Positions 37,750 to 48,821 of a stretch of 64,000 bases of DNA are shown one piece after another. Source of the DNA: Dehalococcoidia bacterium (GTDB lineage: Bacteria > Chloroflexota > Dehalococcoidia > Lucifugimonadales > UBA2985). Positions within the stretch are counted from its first letter, which is position 1; the number at the start of each line of letters is the position of its first letter. The notes under the pieces were generated by a model that saw nothing but the letters and a program-made list of their open reading frames with translations, did no database searches and had not been told where the DNA came from. The DNA is taken from contig DAOUJC010000004.1 of NCBI GenBank assembly GCA_034423135.1, forward strand, positions 65,738 to 129,737, written 5' to 3'. The position numbers and the translations under genes are program-made.

Positions 37750-38523
37750 CTAGATGCCCATGATGTGGTATCCGGCGTCCACCGGGATGACGGTGCCAGT
37801 GATACCGCTGGAGAGGTCGCTGCACAGGAACAGTGCGGCCTTGGCCACCTCGTGATGGGTGATGTTGCGCTTCAGCGGCGCCCTTTCTGCGTGGATGCGC
37901 CGCATGTCCGGAAAGCCGTGGATGCCACGGGAGGCCAGAGTCTCCAGCGGCCCGGCAGAAACGGCGTTGACTCTCACGTCTGCTGCGCCGAACTCCTGCG
38001 AAAGCTGCCTGACCTCGTTCTCGAGCGCGGCTTTGGCGGTGCCCATGATGTTGTAGCCGGGGAAGACCCGCTCCGATGCCTGAAACGTCATCGCCACCAC
38101 GCTGCCTCCGTTGGGCATGAGGGCGGCAGAGTGGCGCACCAGCGGTATCAGCGAATACGCGCTGATGTCCAGCGACAGCAGGAAGCTGTCCCGGGTCGTC
38201 TTGGAGAACTCGCCGCGCAGGTCGTCGCGGTTGGCGAAGGCGATGCTGTGCACCATGAAGTCCAGCCCGCCCAGCTCGCGCTTCATCAGGTCGAATGCTG
38301 CGTCTATGGAGTCGTCCTTGGAGACGTCGCACTCCAGCAGCAGCGTGTCCTGCATCGGCTCGGTTAAGCGCGCGACGCGGTCGCGGAACCGCTCATTCTG
38401 GACTGCAATGGCCAGGCGCGCGCCGGCCTCGTGTAGTATGCCGGCAATGGGCCAGGCGATGCTGTGCTCGTTGGCGACGCCGAATACCACGCCTCTCTTG
38501 CCGCTCAGGTCAATTGGGTACAT
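37750..38523 (-). CDS. fabI: enoyl-[acyl-carrier-protein] reductase (NADH)
   Basis: GVANEHSIAWPIA, catalytic YNIMGTAKAALE, 257 aa. Confidence 0.93.
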   Translation of the reverse strand: MYPIDLSGKRGVVFGVANEHSIAWPIAGILHEAGARLAIAVQNERFRDRVARLTEPMQDTLLLECDVSKDDSIDAAFDLMKRELGGLDFMVHSIAFANRDDLRGEFSKTTRDSFLLSLDISAYSLIPLVRHSAALMPNGGSVVAMTFQASERVFPGYNIMGTAKAALENEVRQLSQEFGAADVRVNAVSAGPLETLASRGIHGFPDMRRIHAERAPLKRNITHHEVAKAALFLCSDLSSGITGTVIPVDAGYHIMGI

Positions 38524-38706
38524 GGTCTCACCATCCTCCGATTGCTCAATGGTCCGGGCCGGGTACCTCAGGATACCAGATTCGACTGCGGTTGGAAAAC
38601 GCCGCCCGCGTCACCTAGCCGACGTGGTCGCCTGTCGCCGTGCGAGCGGCCGGAAGCGCCTCCACTTGCTGTTCAGCCGCTCGGCCATCGTGTACCATAG
38701 TGGCTC

Positions 38707-39189
38707 ATGGAGCTCTCGCACATCCTGCTTACGTTCGCCGCCGCCATGGCGCCGGTAGGCGAGCTGCGATTGGCCATTCCCCTCGCGCTCCTCACCTATG
38801 ACCTGAAGTGGTACGTGGCTCTGCCCGTGGCCGCTGCCGGGAACATGGTCCCGGTGCTCATACTAGTTCCGGGCCTGAAGCGCATCGCGGCAATCCTGCT
38901 GAGCTTCCCGAACCCCGCGGGCCGGCTGCTGCTCTGGCAGCAGGAGCGCGTCAGGCGTGTCCAGGGCCCGCGCTTCGAGAAGTACGGATCGCTTGCGTTG
39001 ATCATCCTGGTGGCAATCCCGCTGCCGATGACGGGCGCGTGGACCGGATCGCTGGCCTCGTGGGTGTTCGGGATACCGCCGCGCCGTGCGATACCTCTGA
39101 TAGCGGTCGGGGTTGCGATTGCCGGCGCAGTGGTCACTGCGGTGGCGTTGAGCGGTATCGGGCTGGGTCGGATCATCCTGGTGGAGTAG
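38707..39189 (+). CDS. small multidrug-export-like membrane protein (COG2426-like)
   Basis: 160 aa, 4 TM helices, N-terminal APVGELRLAIPLAL motif. The family call is from memory. Confidence 0.55.
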   Translation: MELSHILLTFAAAMAPVGELRLAIPLALLTYDLKWYVALPVAAAGNMVPVLILVPGLKRIAAILLSFPNPAGRLLLWQQERVRRVQGPRFEKYGSLALIILVAIPLPMTGAWTGSLASWVFGIPPRRAIPLIAVGVAIAGAVVTAVALSGIGLGRIILVE

Positions 39190-39257
39190 GTGTATTTCGG
39201 CTGTGGTACTTCGGGTAGCGCAGAGCAAGTATTCTCGATGCCTGTTGGCGTTGCCGA

Positions 39258-39306
39258 CCCTTGCCCGCTCATGGTGAGCCTGTCGAACCACTTGAGCGGG
39301 CAAGGG
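39258..39306. repeat. family-1 hairpin repeat
   Basis: CCCTTGCCCGCTCA-TGGTGAGCCTGTCGAACCACT-TGAGCGGGCAAGGG, a perfect 14-bp stem. Confidence 0.85.
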
Positions 39307-39415
39307 AGCAGAGTCTCCCGCTAATGCTGTTGCGCTCCGTAGTAGAGGCTTTGGCGCTCGCCAAGTGTACATGTAGCACGGCGAGTGCTATCATTGAGGC
39401 AGGATTCATGTTCGA

Positions 39416-39919
39416 TTGGAGGGTTCATTGAACCTGGGCTTCTTCAACAAGGTTCGAAGGAATCACGCTCTGGAGCACGCCACGATTACCCTGGCCCACT
39501 CCGGCATGGGCGAGAGCGGCATACTCGGTGGGAACTCCATGCAGTGGGGCTTCCTAGTGTATGGCGACGTGCCTACGGACGTGCTGTCCAACGCCGCGGA
39601 TGAGGCGCTGAGGCGCCTGAAGTCCGGCGAGTCCGAGCTGGCCGTGTCGCCGTACTGCGGAACGAACCTGGTTGTGGCCGCGGCGCTGGCCGCCGTCGGA
39701 TGTGCGATCGCGGTGGGGAAGAGGCGGCGGTGGAGCAGCATCCCGCGGCTGATGTCGGTCTCGATGATGGCCCTTCTGGCAGCGAAGTACGTAGGCCCTC
39801 AGGTGCAGAGATACGTGACAACCAGCGGCGAGGTGGACGGGCTGACCATACGAGACGTCGATCGCATAGGCGCCGGCGGGCTGACGGTGCACCGCGTGCG
39901 CACCAACCAGGACGGCTAG
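39416..39919 (+). CDS. conserved hypothetical membrane protein (DUF6391-like)
   Basis: RRNHALEHATITL and SPYCGTNLVVAAALAAVG motifs plus two hydrophobic segments. The family name is from memory. Confidence 0.5.
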   Translation: MEGSLNLGFFNKVRRNHALEHATITLAHSGMGESGILGGNSMQWGFLVYGDVPTDVLSNAADEALRRLKSGESELAVSPYCGTNLVVAAALAAVGCAIAVGKRRRWSSIPRLMSVSMMALLAAKYVGPQVQRYVTTSGEVDGLTIRDVDRIGAGGLTVHRVRTNQDG

Positions 39920-39990
39920 GCGCGGGTGAGCCGTCCTGGCGCAGGCCAGACGGCGCCGTCCGCGATCGCTAGAGATGACCGATTGCCAGT

Positions 39991-40066
39991 GCCCCAGTAG
40001 CTCAGAGGATAGAGCGGCTGCCTTCTAAGCAGCGGGTCGCGGGTTCGAATCCTGCCTGGGGTACCA
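39991..40066 (+). tRNA. tRNA-Arg (anticodon TCT)
   Basis: Hand-folded cloverleaf. Acceptor GCCCCAG/CTGGGGT, D arm GCTC/GAGC, anticodon stem GCTGC/GCAGC with loop CTTCTAA, T arm GCGGG-TTCGAAT-CCTGC, and encoded CCA. Confidence 0.92.
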
Positions 40067-40315
40067 ACACTGACAACAGTGCCAACAATAGTACGAGACA
40101 ATACTACTTGCCTTTGCATTGCTGGCGAGGCCATAGTTGGACATATGAGAACCCGAGAGGCTTCAGCTCCGGCAGGGGTATGACGCCTAAGCGGGGCTCT
40201 CAGGAAGCTCTCGAGATCTCCAACAGCCCGCTACTATCGGAGTTCAAGGTGTGCACTTCTTGCTGATTGCCAACAGTGGATGGCCTGACTGCTCGCTAAG
40301 TGACTGGCTCGGGGC

Positions 40316-40624
40316 TTACATCCCGTCGACAATTATGGTGTTGGCGATGCAACACTTTGAGCGTATCTCCGCAAGCCTCTGGTATTCCGGCGAGTTCACC
40401 AGAGTCCGAACCTTCTCGTAGCTTTCAAATTCTATGACAACTACGCGGTTGGGCTTTCGGTTGCCCGCAACGACTTCGGTGGCCCCGCCCCGCGCCAGGT
40501 ATCTGCCGTTATTGGCTTGGACGAGCTCCAGCATTCCCCTGGCGAATTCATCGAACATAGCCTGGTCGGTAACTTCCTGGTCGGCGATAAGATATCCTGC
40601 CACTTCAAGACCTCTCTTCTTCAT
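40316..40624 (-). CDS. DUF1330-domain protein
   Basis: 102 aa. RYLARGGATEVVAGNRKPNRVVVIEFESYEKVRTLVNSPEYQ matches the DUF1330 pattern. Local G+C is low. Confidence 0.75.
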   Translation of the reverse strand: MKKRGLEVAGYLIADQEVTDQAMFDEFARGMLELVQANNGRYLARGGATEVVAGNRKPNRVVVIEFESYEKVRTLVNSPEYQRLAEIRSKCCIANTIIVDGM

Positions 40625-40686
40625 TTCTCGGACCGTTGGCGCGTACTGTGGACAGGTCGGCGCCTAAAGACCGGCGCGACTGCCGT

Positions 40687-42468
40687 CTAATCATCTATCT
40701 GTACCGTAATGATGTCAATCCCGTGATACTTCCTGTGGCGCACTGAAGACGCGTAGTGGCGCAGGAGGCGGAAGGAGACTTCACTCACGTCCGGTGTCTC
40801 GGCCTGCTCACTCATGAATGAGATTCGATCTTCAATGTTCTCCTCCGAAAACACCGCCAGAAACTCCATCTCAACCGTACCGGCCGAGGGACGCGCGTTG
40901 ACGACGAGGCGGGGAGGCTTTTCTACGTCGTAGTCATCGCGCAGCTGCAGCATACAGGACAAGGTCTCCTCTCCCGCGGAGCACAGACGCACAATAGAAG
41001 CCTGGCTCCATCCCAGCCTGGAGCCGAGCCCGCTAAGGAACTCCTCTATAGCTGGCACGGCCGACCCGTCCAACTCGGTCTCCAATCGCCTCCGTCGGGA
41101 ACCGGTTAACTGGAGGATCATAGACATCAGGATTGCCGCCAGAATGCTCACAACGACGCTGTTTCCGAAAGCCACCCCCCAGGGGCTGCCCAAGGAGTCT
41201 GCGAGAATGTTCTGAGTTTGCAAGCCAACCCCTATTGAGAGCGAAAGCCCAACGATGAGTGCCTTTTGCTGGCTGAAGCCGTCTTGCAGGACAGTGCGAA
41301 TTCCCTCCACGAAGAGCAGCCCCATCACTATCATCAGGATTGATCCGGTCACCGGTCGCGGGATTGTCAAGAGAATGGCCACTAACTTGGGCAGCAGAGC
41401 CAGCCCAATCAGCATGGCGCCAATGGCAAACCCTGCTCGTCGCGCCGCCACCCCCGTGAAGCTGATCAGCGACATGGTCGTCGGCAGGTAGATGATTGTG
41501 GGAATCGTGCCCGCGATGCCGGACAGCAGTATTGCGACACCGCTCACGTTGAGGGTTCCCTGCACGCTGCGAAAGTCCGCGGCGCGCGGCCTGCGCCAGG
41601 AAACCTGTTGAATCGCAGCCCCCTCATTGCTGACTCTTATGCCGACTACTACGCTCACGATCAGGAACGCCAGAAGAAGCGCCATGAATTCCTGGTCCAG
41701 GATGGGGCTAAGGCCGGGCCACGCAGAGAACTCAGGGAGACCAAACCACGGGGCGTCGAGAGCGGGCTGGATGTCGAACACTCCAAGGGGCACGGCGGCA
41801 ATGCAGCCCGCCAGGATAGTTATGGGGATTGCCAGCAGCCTCAAGAGGCCGGAAGCGCGCAGCATTAGAATTGTCGCCACGGCCAGTGTGGCCGCTCCCA
41901 CCACCGGCCCCGCCATTGGGGATGTGTCCGCGGGCACGTTCCCGAGTCTGCCGATGGCTATGGGCATGGCTGCTGCCGCTATCACCATGAAAGCTACGCC
42001 CGACACGACCGGCGTGATGATCCGTCGCAGCTGGGCCAACCAGAGTGCCAGGGCGAATTGGACCAGGGAGGCAACGACTATAAGGCTCGACATTACCGCC
42101 AGCCCGCCCTCCGTGACGGCCAACAAGCAGACCGCCATGAATGGGACTCCAGGGCCCATAAGCAGCAAGTACCCCGGTCCCAGGCGGCCGAGCTTGGTGG
42201 CTTGGTGAGCCGTGACGGCGCCGCCAATCACCAGGGACGCGAAGACTGCCCACGACAGGTAGCCTTCGCTGCCGCCGGCCGCCACGGCGAATATTGTCAC
42301 GATGGTGACCGTGTTTGACAAGGCGAGTAAGCCGCCTTGCGCTGCCACGCCCAGAGTTACAAGTGGAGGACACTTGTCGTCTGGCTCGTATTGTATGTGC
42401 TCGTTGACGCGCACCCGTCGGTTCCAAGATTCAGGTTGCCGTCCAGGATAGCCGAAAAAACTCCTCAA
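40687..42468 (-). CDS. NCS2/xanthine-uracil-permease-like transporter with extra C-terminal cytoplasmic domain
   Basis: About 12 TM helices over roughly the first 440 aa, then a soluble domain of about 150 aa (AGEETLSCMLQ...LVVNARPSAGTVEMEFLAV) that looks like an RsbW/SpoIIAB-type fold. The subfamily is uncertain. Confidence 0.7.
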   Translation of the reverse strand: MRSFFGYPGRQPESWNRRVRVNEHIQYEPDDKCPPLVTLGVAAQGGLLALSNTVTIVTIFAVAAGGSEGYLSWAVFASLVIGGAVTAHQATKLGRLGPGYLLLMGPGVPFMAVCLLAVTEGGLAVMSSLIVVASLVQFALALWLAQLRRIITPVVSGVAFMVIAAAAMPIAIGRLGNVPADTSPMAGPVVGAATLAVATILMLRASGLLRLLAIPITILAGCIAAVPLGVFDIQPALDAPWFGLPEFSAWPGLSPILDQEFMALLLAFLIVSVVVGIRVSNEGAAIQQVSWRRPRAADFRSVQGTLNVSGVAILLSGIAGTIPTIIYLPTTMSLISFTGVAARRAGFAIGAMLIGLALLPKLVAILLTIPRPVTGSILMIVMGLLFVEGIRTVLQDGFSQQKALIVGLSLSIGVGLQTQNILADSLGSPWGVAFGNSVVVSILAAILMSMILQLTGSRRRRLETELDGSAVPAIEEFLSGLGSRLGWSQASIVRLCSAGEETLSCMLQLRDDYDVEKPPRLVVNARPSAGTVEMEFLAVFSEENIEDRISFMSEQAETPDVSEVSFRLLRHYASSVRHRKYHGIDIITVQIDD

Positions 42469-42646
42469 GTATTGTACAAGAAACTCGTCAAGGAGGTTCT
42501 ACAATCGAAGTTGGCGTTCGGGTACCGCGCTCCGGCGTCACGCCACGCGGCCAACCCCCTGTAAATTCACGCAAATTTGTGGCACAATAATTGGGCAGGA
42601 ACCGGCTTGAGGCAGGCATGAGAGCGGGCCCAGCCGGCGGCAGTGC

Positions 42647-42723
42647 AGGAGTGTAGCTCAGTTGGCTAGAGCAGCGGTCTCCAAAACCGCAGGTCGGGGG
42701 TTCGAGTCCTCCCACTCCTGCCA
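42647..42723 (+). tRNA. tRNA-Trp (anticodon CCA)
   Basis: Acceptor AGGAGTG/CACTCCT, anticodon stem GCGGT/ACCGC with loop CTCCAAA, T loop TTCGAGT, encoded CCA. Confidence 0.92.
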
Positions 42724-42742
42724 AACCCCAAGCGGGCGGTAT

Positions 42743-42829
42743 GCCGAGGTGGTGGAATTGGTAGACACGCGGTCTTGAGGGGGCCGTGGGTGCAAACCCG
42801 TAGGAGTTCAAATCTCCTCCTCGGCACCA
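42743..42829 (+). tRNA. tRNA-Leu (anticodon GAG)
   Basis: Acceptor GCCGAGG/CCTCGGC, anticodon loop TTGAGGG, a 15-nt variable arm, T arm AGGAG-TTCAAAT-CTCCT, encoded CCA. Confidence 0.92.
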
Positions 42830-42851
42830 AAAACGTGGTAGAATAGTGCGA

Positions 42852-42927
42852 GGCGACGTAGCCAAGTGGTTAAGGCGGAGCTCTGCAAAAGCTCTATTCG
42901 GCGGTTCGAATCCGCCCGTCGCCTCCA
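42852..42927 (+). tRNA. tRNA-Cys (anticodon GCA)
   Basis: Acceptor GGCGACG/CGTCGCC, anticodon stem GAGCT/AGCTC with loop CTGCAAA, T arm GGCGG-TTCGAAT-CCGCC, encoded CCA. Confidence 0.92.
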
Positions 42928-42994
42928 ACTACCCCAGCGTCGAGCAGACGGCATCCGCCACAGCCTCCGCTCCTCGTACGTGACCCTCCACTCT

Positions 42995-43078
42995 GCCCAG
43001 GTGGCGAAAGGGTAGACGCGGCGGACTTAAAATCCGCTCCCCGTTTAGGGGGTGTGGGTTCGAATCCCTCCCTGGGCA
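42995..43078 (+). tRNA. tRNA-Leu (anticodon TAA)
   Basis: Acceptor GCCCAGG/CCTGGGC, anticodon stem GCGGA/TCCGC with loop CTTAAAA, a long variable arm, T loop TTCGAAT. There is one U-U mismatch in my T-stem fold. CCA is not encoded. Confidence 0.85.
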
Positions 43079-43088
43079 CAAGATAGCG

Positions 43089-43856
43089 ATGCCCCCATTT
43101 CCATCAAACCCCAGAGCGTCCGTTGTGCTCCGCGGCCACACCCTGATGCTGCTGGTGGCTGCCCTGGGAGCGCCCGGCCGCCGCGTAGCCTACGGCGCAG
43201 CAGTGCGCCGCGCCGCGCAGATGATGGGCAGGGACACACCCACCAGGGCGGACGTCTCGGCCTTCTCGCGGTCAGTGCGCAGGCTGTGCGCAATGGGCCT
43301 TGTGGACATGGAGGTCCGACTGCGGCGGGTGCGCACCATCGCCACACGGCGCGGCCATCGCCTCTCCACGCGGCGGTCGAGGCGGGCAGGCCGCAGCGCT
43401 CGCGGGAGGCTGCGCCCAATCGATCCCGCTGCCTGGGCTGCGCTCAGCGATGAGGCCAAGGAGGAGCGGCTGGGCGAATATGCCACGGCGGCGTATCGCG
43501 CGATGGTCTCCAACGCCACGCTATTCCTGTCGCTCGGGCTGACAGAGTCCGAGACTGCCAGGGCGCTCGGGCGCACCGTCCCGCCGTCGGTTGCCTCTGC
43601 GCTCGGCGTGGCCGCGGCAAGGGACCGGCGGTCGTTGGTGTCGGTAAGCATGGCGGTGGCCGGCGAGTCCGACGAGGCGCAGGCATTGCAGATGTTCGCA
43701 TCCGAGGAGTACCCGCCGTCGTGGGCGTTCGGGATGCCGCGGCGGGGCAGGCAGCAGCTGGAGGCTGCGCTCGCGGTGGCGGAGGTGGTCCGCCTGGCCC
43801 GTGACGGGGGCATCAATGCACTGGCAGAGCTCAAGCGCTTTCGCGCACGCGCATAG
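43089..43856 (+). CDS. hypothetical Arg-rich protein
   Basis: 255-aa ORF starting 11 nt after tRNA-Leu. Third-codon G+C is high, consistent with coding. I recognise no family. An RRxxRR-rich middle segment is present. Confidence 0.4.
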   Translation: MPPFPSNPRASVVLRGHTLMLLVAALGAPGRRVAYGAAVRRAAQMMGRDTPTRADVSAFSRSVRRLCAMGLVDMEVRLRRVRTIATRRGHRLSTRRSRRAGRSARGRLRPIDPAAWAALSDEAKEERLGEYATAAYRAMVSNATLFLSLGLTESETARALGRTVPPSVASALGVAAARDRRSLVSVSMAVAGESDEAQALQMFASEEYPPSWAFGMPRRGRQQLEAALAVAEVVRLARDGGINALAELKRFRARA

Positions 43857-43911
43857 GCATGTATTCGCTTACCAATGCTATGGCGACTTGAAGTCGCAAA
43901 TGCAGGAGAGT

Positions 43912-44184
43912 ATGGATCACACGGCGACCGACTGGATAGTTGAAGAGTGGTTGTGCAGGTACGTGGCCCACTGCATGCCCATAGGCGGCCCTCAGCAGCT
44001 TGTTGCTGCCCCTTTGTCTATGGTGGTGGACACGCTGGAGGAGGCGTACCGGCGCGCGGGTGAGGCGATGGAGTCCGCCAGGGAGCTGTTCGAAGAGCGG
44101 CTGATGTGGATCGAAATCGAGACGCTGGATCGCGCGGGGCAGTGGAACGCCGTGCGCCGCTACTACCCGCACAGCTTCCGGTAG
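43912..44184 (+). CDS. hypothetical protein
   Basis: ORF reading MDHTATDWIVEEWLCRYVAHCMP.... The start is ambiguous (43900 or 43912). I recognise no family. Confidence 0.35.
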   Translation: MDHTATDWIVEEWLCRYVAHCMPIGGPQQLVAAPLSMVVDTLEEAYRRAGEAMESARELFEERLMWIEIETLDRAGQWNAVRRYYPHSFR

Positions 44185-44259
44185 GAACCGGCCTGGCCTT
44201 GTTCCTCCGCCCGCATACCTTTACACTATTGGCAAGCAAGCATCAAGAAAGGAGTCTCC

Positions 44260-45069
44260 GTGACCACATTCCGCGAAAAACTGACCGCCACCGCAACGAA
44301 GAACGAGTCGTTGGTGTGCGTGGGGCTGGACCCTGACCCGGCGCTCATGCCCATCGAGGACGTGGCGGAGTTCAACGCGGCAATCGTGGAGGCCACGGCG
44401 GACCTGGTGTGCTGCTACAAGCCCAACATCGCCTTCTATGAGGCGCTGGGCATTCCCGGCCTGGAGGCGCTCGGGCGCACGCTGGAGTGCATTCCGCCGG
44501 ACATCCCCGTAATCTGCGACGCCAAGCGCGGCGACATCGGCTCCACGGCGGCAGCCTATGCCAGAGCCCTGTTCGAGCGGTGGGGCTTTGATGCGGCGAC
44601 GGTCAACCCATACCTGGGCAGCGACTCCGTGGAGCCATTCCTGGAGTACGCCGACCGCGGGATTCTGATTCTCTGCCACACTTCCGGCCCCGGCTCCGTC
44701 GACTTCCAGGACTTGACCGTCGAAAGCAACGGGTCAAAGCGTCCGCTGTTTGAGGAGGTGGCGCTGAAGGCCAGCGAGTGGAACGTCCGCGGGAACGCCG
44801 GACTGGTGCTGGGCGCGACGTATCCGCAGCAGATGGAGACGGCGCGGCGCCTGTGCCCCGACATGGTCATACTGGCGCCGGGCATAGGCGCGCAGGGGGG
44901 AGACCTGGAAGCCACGGTGAGCGCCGGCGTCGACGCAGACGGCGGCGGGCTTATCGTGAACTCCTCGCGGGGCATCCTGTACGCCTCGCGCAGCCGCGAC
45001 GACTTCGCCGACGCGGCGCGCCGTGCAGCGGACGAGCTTCGACGCGCCATCAACGCCGCGAGGGGGTGA
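44260..45069 (+). CDS. pyrF: orotidine 5'-phosphate decarboxylase (type 2)
   Basis: [20 protein letters not shown], and the 269-aa length typical of the long PyrF type. Confidence 0.92.
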   Translation: MTTFREKLTATATKNESLVCVGLDPDPALMPIEDVAEFNAAIVEATADLVCCYKPNIAFYEALGIPGLEALGRTLECIPPDIPVICDAKRGDIGSTAAAYARALFERWGFDAATVNPYLGSDSVEPFLEYADRGILILCHTSGPGSVDFQDLTVESNGSKRPLFEEVALKASEWNVRGNAGLVLGATYPQQMETARRLCPDMVILAPGIGAQGGDLEATVSAGVDADGGGLIVNSSRGILYASRSRDDFADAARRAADELRRAINAARG

Positions 45070-45076
45070 GCCGTCG

Positions 45077-45265
45077 ATGGTGATGGAGTGGAAGGTGGGC
45101 GACGTGGTCACACTTCGCAAGGTGCACCCGTGCGGGGGCTACCGTTGGGAGGTGTACCGCGTGGGGGCGGACATAGGCATTCGCTGCACAACGTGCGGAC
45201 GCAGGATCATGCTGGAGCGCCGCGCGCTGGAGAAGCGGCTATCCCGGTCTGGCGCTGTTCGTTAG
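45077..45265 (+). CDS. DUF951-domain protein
   Basis: [40 protein letters not shown] is the DUF951 pattern. The ATG at 45077 lies just after the pyrF stop. Confidence 0.75.
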   Translation: MVMEWKVGDVVTLRKVHPCGGYRWEVYRVGADIGIRCTTCGRRIMLERRALEKRLSRSGAVR

Positions 45266-45325
45266 GATAGGGCCGGGTGAGCAGTCAGGCCTCATTCCCT
45301 GGAGTGTGAGAGGCGCAGGCAAGCT

Positions 45326-45420
45326 GCCCGCTCAAGTGGTTCGACAGGCTCACCCCCGCATCAAGTGCGGGGCAGGCTATGAGCGGGAAGATTGGCCCAC
45401 AGTGTATAACCGAAAAATCC
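45326..45420. repeat. family-1 hairpin repeat plus conserved tail
   Basis: CCCGCTCAAGTGGTTCGACAGGCTCACC, a nested CCCCGCA-TCAAG-TGCGGGG, then ATGAGCGGG (45327-45387). Tail TATAACCGAAAAATCCT (45404-45420). Confidence 0.8.
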
Positions 45421-45468
45421 TGGCGAAAGAGCGGCCGCGCTTGTGCGCGCGGGGAAGTGAACATATAA

Positions 45469-46200
45469 TTGCATGAAGCCCGGCCGTCCGGGTGCGCAGC
45501 TTTCAGCACTACGCAAAGGCGATTCTTGAGCAGATCTTCTACTATTGCCATAGACGGGCCGGTGGCCGCGGGCAAGTCCGCAGTGGGCACGCTCCTGGCC
45601 GCCCGCCTTGGCTACCGATTCATTGACACAGGTGTTATGTACCGTGCCGTCACCTGGGCGGCTCTAAAGGATGGGTTGGATCCAGAGGACGAAGCGAGTG
45701 TGACTGCGCTTGCAGAAGCATCGAGCATTGAGGTTTCGGGCGACGACGGGACCGGCGCGTCCCGCATCAGCGTAAACGGCCACGACGTTACGGGCCTGCT
45801 TCGCACCAAGGAGATCGAACAGGGCGTGTCGCTCATCTCCAGATTCACCGGCGTACGCGCAGCTATGGTGGCGCGCCAGAGGGCGCTTGCAGAGGAGGGC
45901 ATGCTCATCATGGCCGGCAGGGACATCGGCACGGTGGTGCTGCCGGACGCCGACCTCAAGATATTCCTCACGGCCTCCCCGGAGGAGCGCGCTCGACGCC
46001 GTCACCAGGAGATGCATGACGCGGGACAGACCGTGGAGCTTGAGCAGGTACTGGCCGAGCTGGTGCAGCGCGACAAGCTGGACACGGAGCGCGCAAACTC
46101 GCCGCTGCGGCCGGCTGAGGGCGCCTACGTGCTGAACACCGAAAGCATAGGCATCGAGCAGGTGGTGGAGCGCATCATAGGACTGGCGGGAGACGACTGA
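45469..46200 (+). CDS. cmk: cytidylate kinase
   Basis: IAIDGPVAAGKSAVG P-loop and typical Cmk length. The true start may be downstream (for example the TTG at 45526). Confidence 0.9.
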   Translation: MHEARPSGCAAFSTTQRRFLSRSSTIAIDGPVAAGKSAVGTLLAARLGYRFIDTGVMYRAVTWAALKDGLDPEDEASVTALAEASSIEVSGDDGTGASRISVNGHDVTGLLRTKEIEQGVSLISRFTGVRAAMVARQRALAEEGMLIMAGRDIGTVVLPDADLKIFLTASPEERARRRHQEMHDAGQTVELEQVLAELVQRDKLDTERANSPLRPAEGAYVLNTESIGIEQVVERIIGLAGDD

Positions 46201-46877
46201 TGGGAGCGGTCTACAGCATCTCCAACACGCTCATGCGGGGTGCCCTGAGGATCTTCGGCGACTGGAAGGTGGAGGGCCGGGAGAATGTGCCGCCCATGGG
46301 GCCTCTCATCGTTGTGTCCAACCACCAGAGCAACATGGACCCGCCAATACTGGCTGCCAGCATTCCCAGGAAGATAACCTTCATGGCGAAGCGAGGCCTC
46401 TTTCGGTATCCGGTTGCGTCGCATTTCTTCAAGGCCTACGGCGCATTCCCGCTCAACGAAAGCGGCAACGACCTGAGCGCCATCCAGCGCAGCGTGCGAC
46501 TTCTGGACAAGGACGCCGCACTGGGCATCTTCCCGGAAGGAACACGCAGCCCGGGAGCCATGCGCAGGGCCATACCCGGCATCGCCTTGATAGCCCTCAG
46601 ATCCAGGGCGCCCATCCTGCCCGTGGGGATTGTGGGCACGGAGGTCATCGGGCCGCCGTGGCAGGTCGCGGTGCCCAAGGGCGAGTTCACCATCAATATC
46701 GGCCAGCCGTTCACGATCCCTCACATGGAGGGGAAGATCGTACGAGGGCAGCTGGAGGCCGTAACGACGATGATAATGGAGCGAGTGGCGGCACTGCTGC
46801 CGGAGAGCTACCGAGGGGCGTATTCGCTGGTGAACAGCGGAGTTGCGTCGACGGCGCCGAGCGGCGGGAGCAACTGA
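46200..46877 (+). CDS. plsC: 1-acyl-sn-glycerol-3-phosphate acyltransferase
   Basis: NHQSNMDP (HX4D) and FPEGTRS motifs. Confidence 0.88.
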   Translation: MGAVYSISNTLMRGALRIFGDWKVEGRENVPPMGPLIVVSNHQSNMDPPILAASIPRKITFMAKRGLFRYPVASHFFKAYGAFPLNESGNDLSAIQRSVRLLDKDAALGIFPEGTRSPGAMRRAIPGIALIALRSRAPILPVGIVGTEVIGPPWQVAVPKGEFTINIGQPFTIPHMEGKIVRGQLEAVTTMIMERVAALLPESYRGAYSLVNSGVASTAPSGGSN

Positions 46878-46891
46878 AGGGGTACCTGTCC

Positions 46892-48733
<1,842 letters not shown>

Positions 48734-48821
48734 GACACGCCCCGCAAGCGGGCTTCGTAACCTGCCCGGCACACGCTGCCGCTCGATAGATCACTCGTTG
48801 CCCGGAAAGGAGAGCGCTTCC

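Noticed and set aside
39916-40134. 72-aa minus-strand ORF, plus several ORFs at 42488-43141 and 43045-43453.
   Set aside because: They run straight through well-folded tRNA genes (Arg, Trp, Leu, Cys, Leu) and are artefacts.
40067-40315. att-type duplication of a tRNA 3' end that would delimit an integrated element next to tRNA-Arg or tRNA-Leu(TAA).
   Set aside because: Reading downstream of both tRNAs, I found no second copy of the 3' halves (GGGTTCGAATCCTGCCTGGGG or GGGTTCGAATCCCTCCCTGGGC) and no integrase gene. A sensitive alignment could still reveal a degenerate copy.
46878-46891. glmS ribozyme upstream of glmS.
   Set aside because: Only 14 nt separate the plsC stop from the glmS TTG start, so there is no room for the ribozyme of about 170 nt.
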